A stretch of 64,000 bases of DNA from Acanthaster planci (taxonomy: Eukaryota): contig NW_019091360.1 of assembly GCF_001949145.1 (NCBI RefSeq), forward strand, positions 320,502 to 384,501, written 5' to 3'. This document shows, piece by piece, positions 1 to 14,169 of the stretch. The notes under the pieces were generated by a model that made no database searches, was not told the origin of the DNA, and worked only from the letters and a program-made list of their open reading frames with translations. A program made the position numbers and the translations under genes. The first letter of the stretch is position 1, and every line of letters starts with the position of its first letter.

Positions 1-139
1 AAAAAGAAATTTCTTATGCATGTAGTAATACTTACCCAATCTGCGATGAAGGGAAAAAGGAAGGAAATTGAAAGGAAATTGAAAGGAAACTAAATATTAG
101 AAAATGAGAGAGAGAAAAAAAATATATATATACAAATTT

Positions 140-1325
140 CGACAGCAACTGTGACAGCTGGATCCCAAGATGTGTGTTGCTTGAAGATTGATTCTGCCCT
201 CCAAGGTCCAGAGGAGTAATTTTCTTATCAAGAGGCAAAGGCTTGAGGATTTATGTAAGACACCACTGTCCTATTGTCAGATCAGATGAGGATGTGTTTG
301 TTCTCAATTGACAGATGGAAGTGGCAATCGGCATTGAATATGAAGAGTTCCAAGATATTGATGTAATTCCTGATAAGGGATGGACCCCAAGTCTCTGATG
401 CTGGTAAAGGAGGTATGGAGGCACCCCATCACTGGGAAGCGTCAGTTGTGATGGTGAGCTGCAGAGCAGGTCTCGGGAAGGAAAGACCTTTGGTGAGGTT
501 GGGATTTGAGTGCCACCAGCAAACGTGTGGAATGTTTAACTTTAGTCACCAGCACATCTATTGGGTCCTGACTGGCGCAGAAGAATGTCAACAGGTGGAC
601 TTGAATTGGATGCATGTAAAGACGGCAGAAGGGAACTTGGTCCATAAGACTCGCCACGAAGCCCAGGAGGTGAAGTCAAGTTCAAGGCAGGGCCAAGTAG
701 CCAGGCAGAAGGAGGCTGACGCAGACAACCAAGTTGGCAATGCAATCCAGAGTAGGAGTCTTGATTCCCCCGCTGGCAGTCGAGACTTGCCCCAAGGTAG
801 GTCAGACGTTGAGTGGGGGTAGGTCGCAATTTGTTGTGGTTTATAAGAACCCCCAGACTTGTGGAAAGGTTGTAGACAAAGAGGGTGGAAGCTGTAACCT
901 CAGATGCACACTTGCCAATGATGAGCCAGTTGTCCAGGTAATGAAAGGTCAAGATGTCTCGACAACAGAGTTAAGCCACGATAGACCTGACGACATGTGT
1001 GAAGACCCTGGGGGACCCCAAAAGGCCGAAAGGGAAGTGCCACAAATACAAAGGTTTGGCCGTCGTAAATGAAGCGGAGGAACTTTTGGTCGTATAGGTT
1101 GATTGGAATGTGCAGGTACACGTTCTTCAGATCCACTGTAGAGGCCCAGGCTGGGATCGGCAGGGACAGGGTGACTGTTTGCAAGGTGTTCATTTGAAAG
1201 TGCCGAGGACGGATGAATCTGTTTAGCAGCTTGAGATTTGGATGCCAGGAGTTTGACTCCTTCTTCGGAGTGAGGAAGAATGTTGAAACGAACCCGTCGC
1301 AGGATGGATGGGAGACTGGGGTGAT
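140..1325 (-). mobile_element. Decayed DIRS-type (tyrosine-recombinase) retrotransposon fragment: reverse transcriptase + RNase H
   Basis: Frameshifted minus-strand peptides in DIRS order: MNTLQTV..WASTVDLKNVYLHIPI..KFLRF..ALPF; YLDNWLI; PTQRLTYLGASLD; MASLMDQVPFCRLYMHPIQ; TITTDAS..WGA; INILEL; SDNRTVVSYIN. Boundaries approximate. Confidence 0.85.
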
Positions 1326-3239
1326 TGCTCATGTCTGAAGAAGGGAGTTGATATATTTTCTGTGTTCATAAGTTTAATTTGAGGTTGTTTTACTTGCAAT
1401 TGAAGCGAGCGTGTTTCAACAAATTTCCTGCCACAGCACAAGGTCTAGATGCATCACGCACATTTACCACACCATGCACAGACATTGTTGGCCAGTTTGC
1501 TGTTGTGATTATCTGAGTAGTACTGTGTGAATTGTCCATAATTCTTGAGTATTGTCGACTGTTGAAATTTTTCACAGATTAAGACAGGTTTAATTAATTT
1601 TTATTTTAAATTTTTTGAAAAATGTCATTCTCGTTCATGCCATTCAATCAGCACAACAAATTGACTAAAAGAAAAAAAAATTCCGATCGACCGACCTATT
1701 TTTGAGGCATGTAATCAGAAGCACAACTTCTTTTTGGCCTAATTAAAGACAGCATGCATGCAGCAGGCCAAGGTTAAATAACTATAATAATTGTGGATTC
1801 CAAGAAATCTTTGGCAAGTGTTGATCCAAATTGGGCAAGCAAATTTATTACATGGCCTGCACGCTCGAGCAAGCTAAAAAAAAACTGATCACATAAAATA
1901 CATCCATCTACAAACATGTACATGTAATAATGAACCAAATAGGACTTGACACTTCTGCAGTCATTGAATGTTAAAAGTATCACCCTCAGTATTACGTCAC
2001 TTGACCTGTGATGACATCATCATGACATAACCCAACTTCCATTTATAACATATCCTATCTATTTGAGAATGCCAAGTTTTGTCTATGTTGGACTTTTGGC
2101 TCTGAAGATACTAGCCTGCAAAGAATACAACTTTGGAGGTGTGTCATGTGACTTTGGTTGTTGCCCTCACGACCTTAACTCTGGTAAGAAAGATCTTTGT
2201 CTAATAACTGTTTCTTTGTGTGACTTTGCTGATGATGAAAGATAGGAAGATGAAAGATAAGAAAATGACAAGAGTCGCCCCTAGAAGATCGTATCGAATG
2301 TCATCTGTTGTTATAGATATTCAAAATTTAATAATACATGACCTAATTGAGTCATTGTGATGTCACTTAAATGTTATCTGGAGCGGAAATTTTATCAACC
2401 GTATCACTTTTATGATTTTACCTTGAGAAAGATTTTGCTAGAATTGAAAAAAAATCAGGCCCTCCTTACATGTATTTTGTGAATTTTATGGTGATTGATT
2501 CATGTTTTAACAATCTCCTTTGTTCAGAATATGCATCAAAAATGTTTACAATGTGAAAGATGATGTCATCATGACATCAACCAAAATTTCATATAACACA
2601 AGGTTCTTTTGATCCATTCCAAGTTTAATCTCAGATTAATTGTTCTGGAGATATTGGTTTCCAAGGGATTCAGCTTTGCAGGCATGTCATATGAACTCAG
2701 ATGACGTCACCATGACATCACTGTTCTCAGGGAATTTTTAACCTATTATTAGTTCAAGAGATATGTCAAATATCTTGTTAAAATAAGAATTTGAACCTTG
2801 TTAAAACAAGAATAATTGCTCCCACTCCCTACCTGGATATGCCACTAAACACCAAGTAGCCAAGAGGCTAGGGGCTGCAATTTTCCCCTGCAACTGTGAT
2901 TTACATGTACTGCAATTTTCAGAATATACATGTAAGCCATGGCTTATACGCTGATTCTCACGCTGACAAATGTCTCTGCGGCTTATACGCTGGGCAGTCT
3001 TCTGTCACAAAAGCCACAACCAGGCCAAGTGTACCACGTGCAGGTGGCGCAGTCATGCTTTCGTTGGTGGCCATTTACATCTGAAAACTCGAACCTCGGA
3101 GAATAAATAAACATTCAATTGTCCAGATTTCCAGTTATTAACAGAATTCTGCAAGTCATGAAATCACGAAACACATACATGTACATAAATGTGTACGTAA
3201 TCTTAAACTTTACTTGCTCTGCTGCAGCAACATTTCTTA

Positions 3240-5075
3240 GGCGGCTTTGCAAAAAGGTTGCCGCGGTTTGACCGTTGCGGTCGCCACGGTTTGGCCAGGT
3301 TGCTAAGGATCCTACAAACCGCGGTTTGGCTGCATCAAAATCACTCATGCGAAGGCAAGTTAATGAGTACGAGTGGAAACTGCGGCATTGTAATGCTAAA
3401 GCGCTCATGAATAATGCATTATCAGCTGTCCAAAACACGGTGATCGCGGCGTGTTTTTATGAATCCCAAAGTTTTTTTCCAGAACGTCGGCGATCGCTCG
3501 TATGCCCACCGACTTGCATAAATATGAACGCGGTGACTGTGTTGATATTGAAGGGGAATCAACGATCACACATAGTATGAATGAAACACAACGTTTTCAA
3601 ACGTGATTTTGATCAGGTAATTGCTTCGAAATATAGAACAGCAAATGCTAGCTTAAAATTTGTATTACATATGTACTTAATGTTTCTGCCACCTTGGTGG
3701 TACGAGTGTAAAATAATTGCCTTTTACTACTGGCTTGTGTCAAATCCATTGACTTTGCGGTAGGCCGATGTCATGTGCGCTCCAATGGCCGGCGCCAATA
3801 AAAAGCCCAAATGAGAGCTGCCAACTTTTACAAACTCACTAAAAGCGGGGATGAAATTTTCTTTCGGAAAGTTGAAATCACAGTGGTGTAATTAATCACT
3901 GGTATCAAGAATGTGCACTTCTTACTTTACGGATTCCCAGCCCGGCGATGGACATCGTGAAACGCCATCCAAAAAGGCGAGACCATGCAACCAGCGTATA
4001 TGCATTCTACACGTAGTATCACCATGTCACGCGCCCAGAAATAAACAACTGTGATCCAATAGACATGGCATTCAGTCATTTATCGGTCATATTTTGCCAG
4101 CTCTTAGATGTGTTGTGCACGTATAATACTCGCACCACACTCAAAAAACAAAAACAAACAAAACGATCCGTTCATCACAGACTGGAATTTAAGTCTATGG
4201 AATGTAGTGAGAATTTAGGTTCAACAATACGCTCATTACTCAGTTCTTCGCGCTATAAAATCACATCGTTGTACTTCTCGCAAAATTCTTCATGCGTGCG
4301 TATTCCGATGCCCCTGTGTTTTCTTTATCGGGAGCAACTGAACTGCAAACAAGCCTANGTAAAATCACACATCGGACTTATCGATGTCATTGACGCTTAT
4401 TATCGGGCTTCCTACTTCAGTATAAAGCTCATACGCTTTAATTATGCGCTCATTTTAACAAATTAAAGCCGTATTTTTAACGAGAATTTCCATGCGAAAA
4501 TCCGTCCTGGTTGGCAGCTCTGCCAAAATGAACCAGCATGCCCGTTGATGATACGGACCCGTTGGTCAACTACACATAATTTTACAGCGTTTTCCTACCG
4601 GTACCCCAGGCTTTTGACGGAATGGAGAACACTCATGTTCAAAAATACTACTTTACGTATACGTGTACATTACGGGGATCATTTCCCAGAACTGCAAACC
4701 AACATCACAAAACACAAACATCACAGCTGGGGTAAAAGTATGTTCTTAGGAGCAAAACAGTGACATACAATGTGCGCGTTTTTCCCCCTTAAAAAATGCC
4801 CGAGAAATATTGGAGTCGGTATGCTGGCTTCCTGAAAAGTACCTAGACAGCTTTGGAATGTCACCACGGTGGCCGCAGTCAGTTGCTAATTCCTCTGTGG
4901 AGCCGACCGCGATCACCGCGGTCCGAACGTATTTAAATAACAACAGGGGCTTCATAGTCAGTTGCACTGATATGTAAAGTGGGCGGGACACCGCGGTTGT
5001 CGGCTTGTAACTAGGGATTGGACAAACCGCGGTGACTTCGGTCAAACCGCAGTTCAACCTTTCTGCAAAGCCGCC
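3240..5075. mobile_element. Non-autonomous PIF/Harbinger-like element
   Basis: TIRs GGCGGCTTTGCA(A/G)AAAGGTTG at both ends; TTA duplication at 3237-3239 and 5076-5078; subterminal AAACCGCGG repeats; no transposase ORF. Confidence 0.75.
3814..4522. mobile_element. hAT-like MITE nested inside the Harbinger-like element
   Basis: AGAGCTGCCAAC ... GTTGGCAGCTCTG inverted termini; near-perfect 8-bp flanking duplication CCCAAATG (3806-3813) / CCAAAATG (4523-4530). Confidence 0.6.
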
Positions 5076-5689
5076 TTAGTGATTATTTTCCCACTTTTTA
5101 TTCCATTCATGGTGGTTGTTTGGTAGACAAATAATCATTTTACTAAGATTTATTTAGTGTTGTGACCTAGAGATTTCTTTCTTTACGTTATTAAAATAAA
5201 CATCAACCGCCTCAATGGTATACCTTCATGTGGCAAATCTTTGGTCTTTTTGCCGATGGTGTTCAGCATGACATTCTACAGAATATCTTCTTTTTTTCAC
5301 TTGGGTTTTCTGATGACAACACTTTCTGTGGTCACATGGTTATTGGAGTCAGCAATTAGACTGTCCATGAATGGGTCTGCGGTAGCAGTCAGGCAACCCT
5401 GAAAACAGGGTTTATGAGATTGCAGTGGTGCGTGCATGCGTGTGTGCCATGTCACATGCAGCATGCATGCAACACAAGAGGTTCCAATGCGATGACTCGA
5501 ACGAAGGGCTCATGGCAGATTTTTTATTTGTGAAGCAATTTGGCAGTGTCTTTTTGGTCAGTGTCACAAAACCTTCAGATAACTGGATATAGTGCTGTGG
5601 ACAGTTACAGAGTCTCATTTTGAAATTTTACAATCGTGTACACTGCCTTTAATGAATTTTTCTATTTGCTCATGAATTTCAATCTGTTA

Positions 5690-6055
5690 TATCCGTACTG
5701 CTAATTCTTAATTATTCGTGTGCAAATTTCCATAATAACTCCTGTATGAAGAGTTCTTTCTTTTGTGAAGATTCACCACTGCCATTAGAGAGAAATGCCA
5801 CAGCACAGTTTGCAAAACACTGGGTCATTAAATCTAAAATTCACAAAGGATGTGTAATGTTTAAACACACATTGACCTCGAAGGAATTCAGTAACGATAC
5901 ATGGATGTAACAACACCTTCACAGATCACAAACATGATAATGCCCAGTGCTGGAATCGATTGGGTATGATAAAGGTATGTATTGTGAATATGCCTTAAAA
6001 GAATAAGCTTACCGTTTTAAAGAACGCAAAAAATGCTCTATTTGGTAGTCGGAGA
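5690..6055 (-). repeat. Diverged inverted copy of the repeat at ~14170-14530
   Basis: ATTGTGAATATGCCTTAAAA (5981-6000) is the reverse complement of TTTTAAGGCATATTCACAAT (~14206); colinear similarity over ~350 bp. Confidence 0.7.
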
Positions 6056-7377
6056 GCTTTTCAGTCATACAAAATCTCTGATACATGTACCACTAGCATC
6101 ATGAAATTATATACTCCCTTGGCTTGGGTGGTATTTTGGTATCACCGAAATACCGCAGTATTTTTTTTATACCGAACAATACCGACAAACAATCCATGAA
6201 TACCGGAATACCGGCTAATTCTGTACTGAATTTCAATACCGCGGTATTCTGGCTATTTTGTTCAGAATGTTCCCACAACCCTCTTAACATGAAAGCAGAC
6301 AATTAAATCCTCAACACTGACTGCATACTTTGTGGTTTAAGTCACCCAGCATGTGTTTGTATTTTCTCTTTTGGGGAGGAGATAAGATGTAACGTGATAC
6401 TTCAGCCATGGAGGAATGCTTCAGCATGCAGCCATCAACCCGCCTGTCAAAAGGTTTTGTCTTCCTGTCCCCACCGTTGAGTTTGCGGTTTGGGGATAGC
6501 TTGTCGACAGTGCTTGTTGTTATTCCCACCAGCACATATCACAGCCTTTACCAGTAGCTTGGGAATTAAAAAGCAGCTGGTCTTCCGGTTCCGTGTCGCA
6601 CTCGACTTTATTTTCCGAAGATCTTTATTTGCGGATAAGAAATTTAAATGCAAATGCTGCTTATGCTATCCTTATGCTCCCTTTGTGTCTTTTTTGTCCT
6701 TTATTTAAAATATGTACAAGTAGTGTGTGAAAATTTATCTAACTGAAACCAGGAATGTGTGTTCTAAACTTCAAAATGATTCAATAAAACTGCGTTCGGT
6801 TGGACATCCACGGCAATCGAGGATCATTTTTTACTGTTTTCACATTTGTTCCTAGTCCAACCACACAAAAAGAGAAGCAAAACCCGATCCCTCACTTGTG
6901 ACTGCTTGTATTTAAGCTTGTCTGGAATAAATTGAGGACAGTATCTGATGTACACAACTAGCTGCCTTTCAAAATGCGAGACACTGTTTAGTCAAAAGTG
7001 TCAGACCCTCAAAGAGATTATGGACTGAAGACAAGGGCGGCACAAGTGTAGTGAAATTAAGTCTATTGTTGGTCTTGAGTGGTTAGTTTTATTGAATGTG
7101 TGTGTACTTGGCGGAAGTTTACAACAAAATAATGCGGTCGGTCGTTTGATGTTGGTCAACGTCGGTCGGTATCGTTCAATCTGATAGAGACAAAATATCG
7201 TCTGGCTGCATTAAATTTCCTCTGTTGATGCAGGATGCTTAAGAAACTTAAGAAGGTAAGACAACAGGATTTCAGTAGCGTCATGGCGTCACTCGTCGCC
7301 TCCTTCCAAGATAGTACAAAAATGCAGCTCAAACTCCACGCCTCGTTCATGAGTCCTTCCAGATTTACGAATCAAGT

Positions 7378-8397
7378 ATGGCGGTGTCTGGGGAGGAAAT
7401 ACGACTTGTAGGGAAGAAGAAAACGACATCAGCAATATGGAATCACTTCGGCTTCAAGCCTGGTGAAGACGGTACACCTGAGAACGAAAATAAGGCAATG
7501 TGTCGCGTATGCCACAAAACAGTTGTGGCGAAGCACGGAAACACATCAAACCTGGTCGCGCATCTCCGATCAAACCACCCTGCAACGTATGCCAAGTTTG
7601 TGACCGAGAAAGGGCGTGCCACACGGCCCGGAAATGCAGACCTTGGAGCATCGTCATCGAGCATCAAACAGCCAACAGTCAGAGAATCTTTCTACAAGGC
7701 TATGAAATATTCCAGGCAAAGTTCCCGGTGGAAAGAACTCACGGACTCCGTCACACATTTCCTTGCTAAGGAAATGCTGCCAATTTACACCATTGAGAAA
7801 CCAGGATTCAAGAACATGCTGTTGAAGTTTGATCGGCAGTATGATTTGCCTGGAAGGAATCACTTCAGCAGAGTAGCTATTCCACAGTTGTACACCAGAG
7901 TTAAGTCCAGGATTGCGGAGGATTTGCAGGCAGCAGATTTCTTTTCCGCAACAACAGATATGTGGTCAAGCACCAATATGGAGCCGTACATGAGCTTTAC
8001 GGTTCACTATCTCTCGCGTGACTGGAAGCTTCAGTCACGATGTTTAGATACATGCTTTCTACCTCAAAGTCACACCGCACAAAATCTGGCTGATGCACTC
8101 CGATCCACTTTGGAACAATGGGACTTGCCCACAAGCAAGCTGTCATGCATAACAACAGACAACGGGGCCAACATTGTAGCAGCAATCCGACAATTAGATT
8201 GGCCTTGGTTGAACTGTTTCGGCCACAATCTGAACTTGGGGGTGACGAAGGCCATTTCTGATGAGCGTCAACGAACCAGTCGTGCCCTTGGGCTGTGCCG
8301 CACCATCGTGGGAAGTTTTTCCCATAGCTGGAAGTTGAAGAAGGAACTTGCGAACGCCCAAGGGAGTCTAAATCTGCCGCAGCATTCCCTCGTCACG
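7378..8397 (+). CDS. hAT transposase exon 1 (BED zinc finger, start of catalytic domain)
   Basis: WNHF..CRVC..TSNLVAHLRSNH BED finger; TTDMWSS, TTDNGAN and CFGH motifs; GT donor at 8398, phase 0 (340 codons). Confidence 0.92.
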
Positions 8398-8887
8398 GTA
8401 CGTACATTTTTTAAGATTACCAAAAAAATGTCTTTATTGTAGGCATATTTTTTTATAAATAAATTTTTGAAAGCGGTCTTATTTCTCATTTTTTTGTAAT
8501 CAGGCAACTTCGGTCCTGCGTGAACTCTAAAAAGTTAGAAGGAATCTATGTAAAATATTAACATGCTATTTTTTACACTCCTCATCAATGGGATAGTTTA
8601 AAGATGTGCGCACTTTATTTTTGGGCTGGCTGGGTGAACGTCCCCTGTCACCCCCCTGAAATATTGAACTGAGCGAGTGCATATGAAAATAACCACACCA
8701 CAAAGTGAAAGTCTTGTTTAGTATTCTGAAGTTTCAAGTTGTACAAATAAAGTATTAGGATAATTAAGCCTCAGTTGGTGGATTTGTGGTCGGCCGCGGA
8801 ACCCATAGCCTGATTAGCCTCATTAGCATAATGAACCCCATTCTCCCTGATAATTCATTTCGTACTTCTTTTTCTTTATTCCCTAAG

Positions 8888-9778
8888 GACTGCGCCACCC
8901 GATGGGGATCGATGCAGAAGATGGTCGACAGAATCCTCGAGCAAGCACCAGCCATACGCAGGGTATTCTCTGAAGACCGAGCGCATGGACACTTGATGCC
9001 AATTTGGCAGGACATCGGCGTGCTGGAAGCCGTCAACAATGGGCTTAAACCAGTGGCGGCCTTCACCGACATCATGTCTGGGGAGGAATACGTCACTGTT
9101 TCGTCTCTCCTGCCAATGCTGTGTCACCTGGAAAACAACGTTCTCACCGAGGACCAGGCCGATGTCACCCTGACGGCTGACATAAAAGCGACGATAATGA
9201 GGAAAATGAATTCCTTGTATGACCGAGAAAGGACACAGGACTTGATCCATGTCGCCTCCTTCCTTGACCCGCGCTACCGCGCCGACAATTTGACAGAGGA
9301 ACGAATCCAGGCAACAAGGGCCGCGGTCGTGTCAGAAAAAAATTCCATGTCCGAACAAGCCGCACCACCAGCACCCGACTCAGACGTCGAGCGTGACGCT
9401 TCGACCGGCGACCCTATCCCAGCACCTGCACTTCAGGCGCCTCAGCAGAAGCGGAAGCTATCCCTCGGTGGAATTCTAGCGAAGAAGTGGAAGGACGACC
9501 CGAGCATGCCAATCACACAGCGGGCACAACTGGAAATCGAACGTTTTCTGGCGATGGACAATATAGATGGAGAAGTAGACCCCCTCATGTGGTGGCGTGA
9601 TAACCAGCAAATGTTCCCCCTTTTGGCAAAGTTAAGCAAGAAATATCTCTGTATCTGCGCTACAAGTTCGCCCTCTGAACGCTTGTTCAGCACCGCAGGA
9701 CACGTTGCAACATCACAGCGGTCATTGTTGAAGCCAGACAAAGTAAACATGCTGATATTCTTGGCAAAGAACTTGTGA
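8888..9778 (+). CDS. hAT transposase exon 2 (TRW motif, C-terminal dimerisation domain)
   Basis: Polypyrimidine tract then AG at 8886-8887; splicing gives LVT|DCATRWGS; also FLDPRY, PLMWW, ATSSPSERLFS. Joined product is ~636 aa with no internal stop. Confidence 0.92.
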   Translation, partial: DCATRWGSMQKMVDRILEQAPAIRRVFSEDRAHGHLMPIWQDIGVLEAVNNGLKPVAAFTDIMSGEEYVTVSSLLPMLCHLENNVLTEDQADVTLTADIKATIMRKMNSLYDRERTQDLIHVASFLDPRYRADNLTEERIQATRAAVVSEKNSMSEQAAPPAPDSDVERDASTGDPIPAPALQAPQQKRKLSLGGILAKKWKDDPSMPITQRAQLEIERFLAMDNIDGEVDPLMWWRDNQQMFPLLAKLSKKYLCICATSSPSERLFSTAGHVATSQRSLLKPDKVNMLIFLAKNL

Positions 9779-12700
9779 AACTGTCACTATTATTTATTCA
9801 CGCAGGAATACTGGATTTTATGGTCATGTTTCCAATTGCATGACAAACCAACAACTTCAACTATAAAGATTTTTTTCTACCTATTTTTTTTCAGTGTTAC
9901 TTCTTTCAGCTTGCTTCACTGATTTATTCGTACTTTTAAATCACAATTGTTCTCTTTGGTTGAGCAGTTTTGATGACTTTTACAAGATGTACTTCAAGTT
10001 AAGGTAAATAAACTTTGGGGTTGGAATGGAGAAGGAGAGTACTTGTACAGTCTTGTAGATATACGAGGAAAAAAAACAAGACTGCTGCATGTTGATAGAT
10101 GGTGTATTCTTATAATTAGATGGATTTTAAAAACGTGCCGGACCAGGTTCACACTATCAATGAACATAAGCGACGAAAAGCTTGCTAAATATCCATGCTC
10201 TTAGATTAAACGACCGTACGAGTAATAGGAACAGATTGAGCATAATTCTTTGATTTAAAATAAACATTTTTGAGAAGTTTCAGAAGTCTGAACCACCATG
10301 TGTTTGACTCTGTGCCCGTTTACATTTAAGTTTATTTTTAGCGTCAGTCAGTTCTTAGGATTTTTAGTAGTTTTCCTCCCAGTGACTTCAACATTTCATA
10401 CAAAGCCACTGTTGTATTGATCAATCCATGGTCCGTGGTGATCAACGTGCGTGTTGTTGAGTATTTCAGAGGGTTCTAGCAGACAGCAGACCACGTGCTT
10501 TCGTGAGGTCGATGCACTGCATGCAGTATGATTGGGAATGGGAAGCACAACTGTGACCATGACAGATGGGCGAACGTAATTAAGGAATCTGATTGGCCCG
10601 CAATCCCCGAATCATCACTTATGACATGCCCCATGCACCCCTCCGTATAACATGTACATGTACTTGGCATTCTGCAATGCCGGCCGCGCCGCGCCACAGA
10701 CTTTTCTGGAAGCCACCTTACTGTATTGCGCACGCACAGTGTGAAGGCACAGCTGAAGAGGAACAGCCACTGGTGACCGGCACATAATCATTACAATAAC
10801 GCACTGTCTCAGCGAGTACCAACTTGACTGTTGTACATACAGTTTAGTCACGTACAGATTTTCACACCATGGGACTGATAACACAGATACGAATCACAGA
10901 GCAACGAATCGGTATTTAAAACACCGTTCAGTTTTTATTATTCTTTCACATGAATAATATTTATTTGACATCAAGTGGAAAGATAAATTATAATACTTAT
11001 TAAGTTTAGAGGGTTTTGTGATGTTAAAAATAATTTATGCTAGCCGCTAGTTGTTCTGTTTGTGTTTTGCCATTGAATGTCAGCGTCAAGGCTACTTTTT
11101 GATGAGGTCATGCTTTTTTCAATGAATACCGCGGTATTAGTAAATACCGCGGTATTTTTTTCATGGATACCGCGGTATCAAAAAATACAATACCGCCCAA
11201 GCCTAATACTCCCTACCTTCCTTCCCGCCACTGCAATGAAACCTGCGCAAATTCTTCTCCATGACATTTTAAACTTTCACACAAAATTTTGCTGAATTTT
11301 CAACCAAAAATTAACATGTCAAATCGATTAATTTGTTTCAGTCATGTATTGCGTGCTTGGCGATGGCTAACCCTGATCTTGATTGGTTGTTAGAGTCTCT
11401 ATAATCCAAGTAACAATTTTCCATTTGGATGAAAATTCCTTGTGATTTCTGAGACATCTGCAATGCAGACACGAAAGAAAAATCCCAGCAACTAAGAATC
11501 TGATACTTCTCAGACCTTTATTTTTAGTCTCTTTTAACCAATCTGTGCCATATATTAATTTCCTTGCTTAATTTTTGTTTAAAGTGTGATTAATGCAGTG
11601 GAAGTGTCAGGAAAAAAACACAGAATACATGTATGTACCATTTCCACTCTCGACAATGGAAAAGTTGGCAGTGTGTCAGGCAAGTTTATCCTCTTCAGCA
11701 GTGTCATTTGCCTAACCGGCAGGAACATGGCCACTTTTTGCTCATGTGATAGCTCTTGATCATGTTCATCAGTGGTTTACAATGCAGGCTGTCTAGGATT
11801 GTCTGGTGCCATGATCTGAGTGCTAACCCGGACATTGCAGAGGGTTGAGAACTATCAAATCATTTTTACAAGAGATAGAGCTGATCCAAAAAATCAAATC
11901 ATTGTTTATTGAACAGAAATTCAAATAACAGTATTTTTTATTGGATTTGGAAATTTGGAAAAAATATTTACTTACCTTAAATCTTAAAATTTGGCCTTTT
12001 TATATCTATCCCTGTCATGGACAGCCTTTTATTTTTCTGTTTCTAGTGCTATTGAATTTGGTGTTAATTTTTTTACAAAGATTTTAAACGACCAGGCTAT
12101 GTAAAACACAGGCACTGCTTTCAATTTTGTGCTCAAATTTTGTCCCTGAGACTATTGATAACACTGGAAATTTTGTTTACTGGTTCAGAGAGTGTTATCT
12201 TACTGTACTTTTTAATCCCACAAGTATTTCAGTTTCTATTAAAAGAAACCCTACAGTTGTCAATCTCTTTTCAGGAAACTTTTTCTTTGTAGATCTGAAT
12301 AAATTTAATGGAAAGGGGTTTATTTTAACCACTTGCTGCTGGGGAATCCTGTTTTGAGCACCATGGGTTTATACACAGAGCCGGGGTGCCCGAAATGGGA
12401 CAAAAGAGATAGGCCTTGTAACAAAAGACAGTACTCAGAAAAAAAAATGATCTGCTGGGAATTTCAAACATTTTTTCAGTTGTCAACAGTGGAGGAAATC
12501 CATCACTGTTTTTAAACAGTATACCACCATTTGTGGCATTTGGGAACCAGGGACAAAGTGCTCCAGTGCTCCACAGATGAACAATACAATACCACTGCAC
12601 GCTAATCTGGCCTGTATTGAAAAGACGTCAGCAGTGCACTGTACTGGTTTAGATTAGAGTAGCCACCAGACAGTCATTAATGTGTGTAAACATCCAGTAA

Positions 12701-14169
12701 ATGAAGTTATGAATTTTAAAATAATTTTGAAAACAGAAAAAAAAAGACCCTGACCAGCAGAATAAACATGGATAAATGGGTCCGGTGTGAAGTGGTTAAA
12801 AAGTAAAGGGGTTGGAGAATAAGGCCAAAAAAAAAATCTGGTTTCTGGTCTGACGTGCGTCATCCTAGACCTGCGCGTCAGCAAAATAAAGAATTTTTTT
12901 ATTTTGCATAAAACAATTTCCAAAAGCCGCTAAACTTACTTGATCAGCAGGAATTCTGCTACCGTGTAATTTTAACACATTTTAATGGGTGAGATTGAGT
13001 AGTATGTACAGTGAAGGAATCCCCCTAGGACTCCATACATTTCAGTTGGGCATTCTTATCAGATGACGTCATCCCTGTATCTTTACATAAAGGCCATGTC
13101 TGAATCAGTTGGCTGCGGCCTGATATAATGCGTGATCCTGTTGGAACTGGCCGTGAATACTGCCAAATACTCAGTGTAATTTCCGGCCGTAGCCAATTGA
13201 TTCAGACCCGGGCCCACATCTGTGAATCAGACAAACGAAGTGGTATTACGTCCTGCTTACATATACAAATTGAAATGCTTTCAAGCAACAAACCGTAAAG
13301 TTTGCATCGCATGATGCAATGATAACTTCAAGTGTTTATGAGTTTCTTAAAACAGAAAATTAATCATTTGTGATAATTAAAACAAACTTAAATATAACTT
13401 TTTATGAACCCCCTAATCAAATAACTTTCCTGCAGCAAAACATTTCCAGTGTTACCCCTCGTCCTGTGGGGAAAGTGCTCAAATTTGTAAGCAATGCTTG
13501 TGTTTTATGAAGCCTGGTAAGTTATGGTAAATGTTTATAAAGAAATGATCAACAAAAAAATAGAGCCAAACAACAGATCAAATGACATTTTAACACTCAC
13601 AATTATTTTAACAGCCAACTTAAAGGATTTCTGGTTAAGATCTCTAAACATTTTTCTTTAATTTCCCAAACTAACCAAAGAATAATACAACATGAGTTTC
13701 TGTTCAATAAGCAATTATTTGATTTTTAGATCAGCCCCTAATCTTATGTAAAAAGATTTTGACATTTCTCACATCCTCTGCAATGTCCGGGCCAGCAATG
13801 ATACAGCACAAGACAATCCTAAATGGCCTGCAGTGGAGACCGCCGTACTTACCAGTAATCGAGAGCTATCAAATGGGCAAAAAGTTGTGGTTGTGAATTT
13901 CGCTTTAGTGTTGCTATTGACCGGTCATCAGACAAACGGCACTGCTAGAAAGAGAGAAGAAACTTCCCTCACACATGGCCAGTGGTTTCCATTGCCGACA
14001 GTGGAAATGGAATATCTCGAGTTTTTTTGGACACACTGCCACTGCAACAGTCACACTTTCAATGAGAAAAAGTAAGCAAGGAAAATAAATACGGCCCAGT
14101 TTGGTCAAAATAGACTAAATAAAGGTCCGTAGGGAATCAGATCCATAGCCTCTGGGATTTTTCTTTTGC

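Larger units (their letters stand above)
6119..11205 (+). mobile_element. Full-length hAT DNA transposon (Ac/ZBED1-like)
   Basis: TIRs TTGGCTTGGGTGGTATT / AATACCGCCCAAGCCTA (15/17 match); perfect 8-bp TSD ATACTCCC at 6111-6118 and 11206-11213; subterminal ATACCG(CGGTAT) repeats; internal transposase. Confidence 0.95.

Noticed and set aside
1990..2760. Recurring GATGACATCATCATGACAT motifs as a regulatory array
   Set aside because: Irregular spacing and diverged flanks fit an old repeat relic; no termini could be defined.
8398..8887. ORF-track extensions 8398-8442 and 8786-8887 as coding, or two separate genes
   Set aside because: They are intron read-through; splicing restores the conserved DxxTRW motif.
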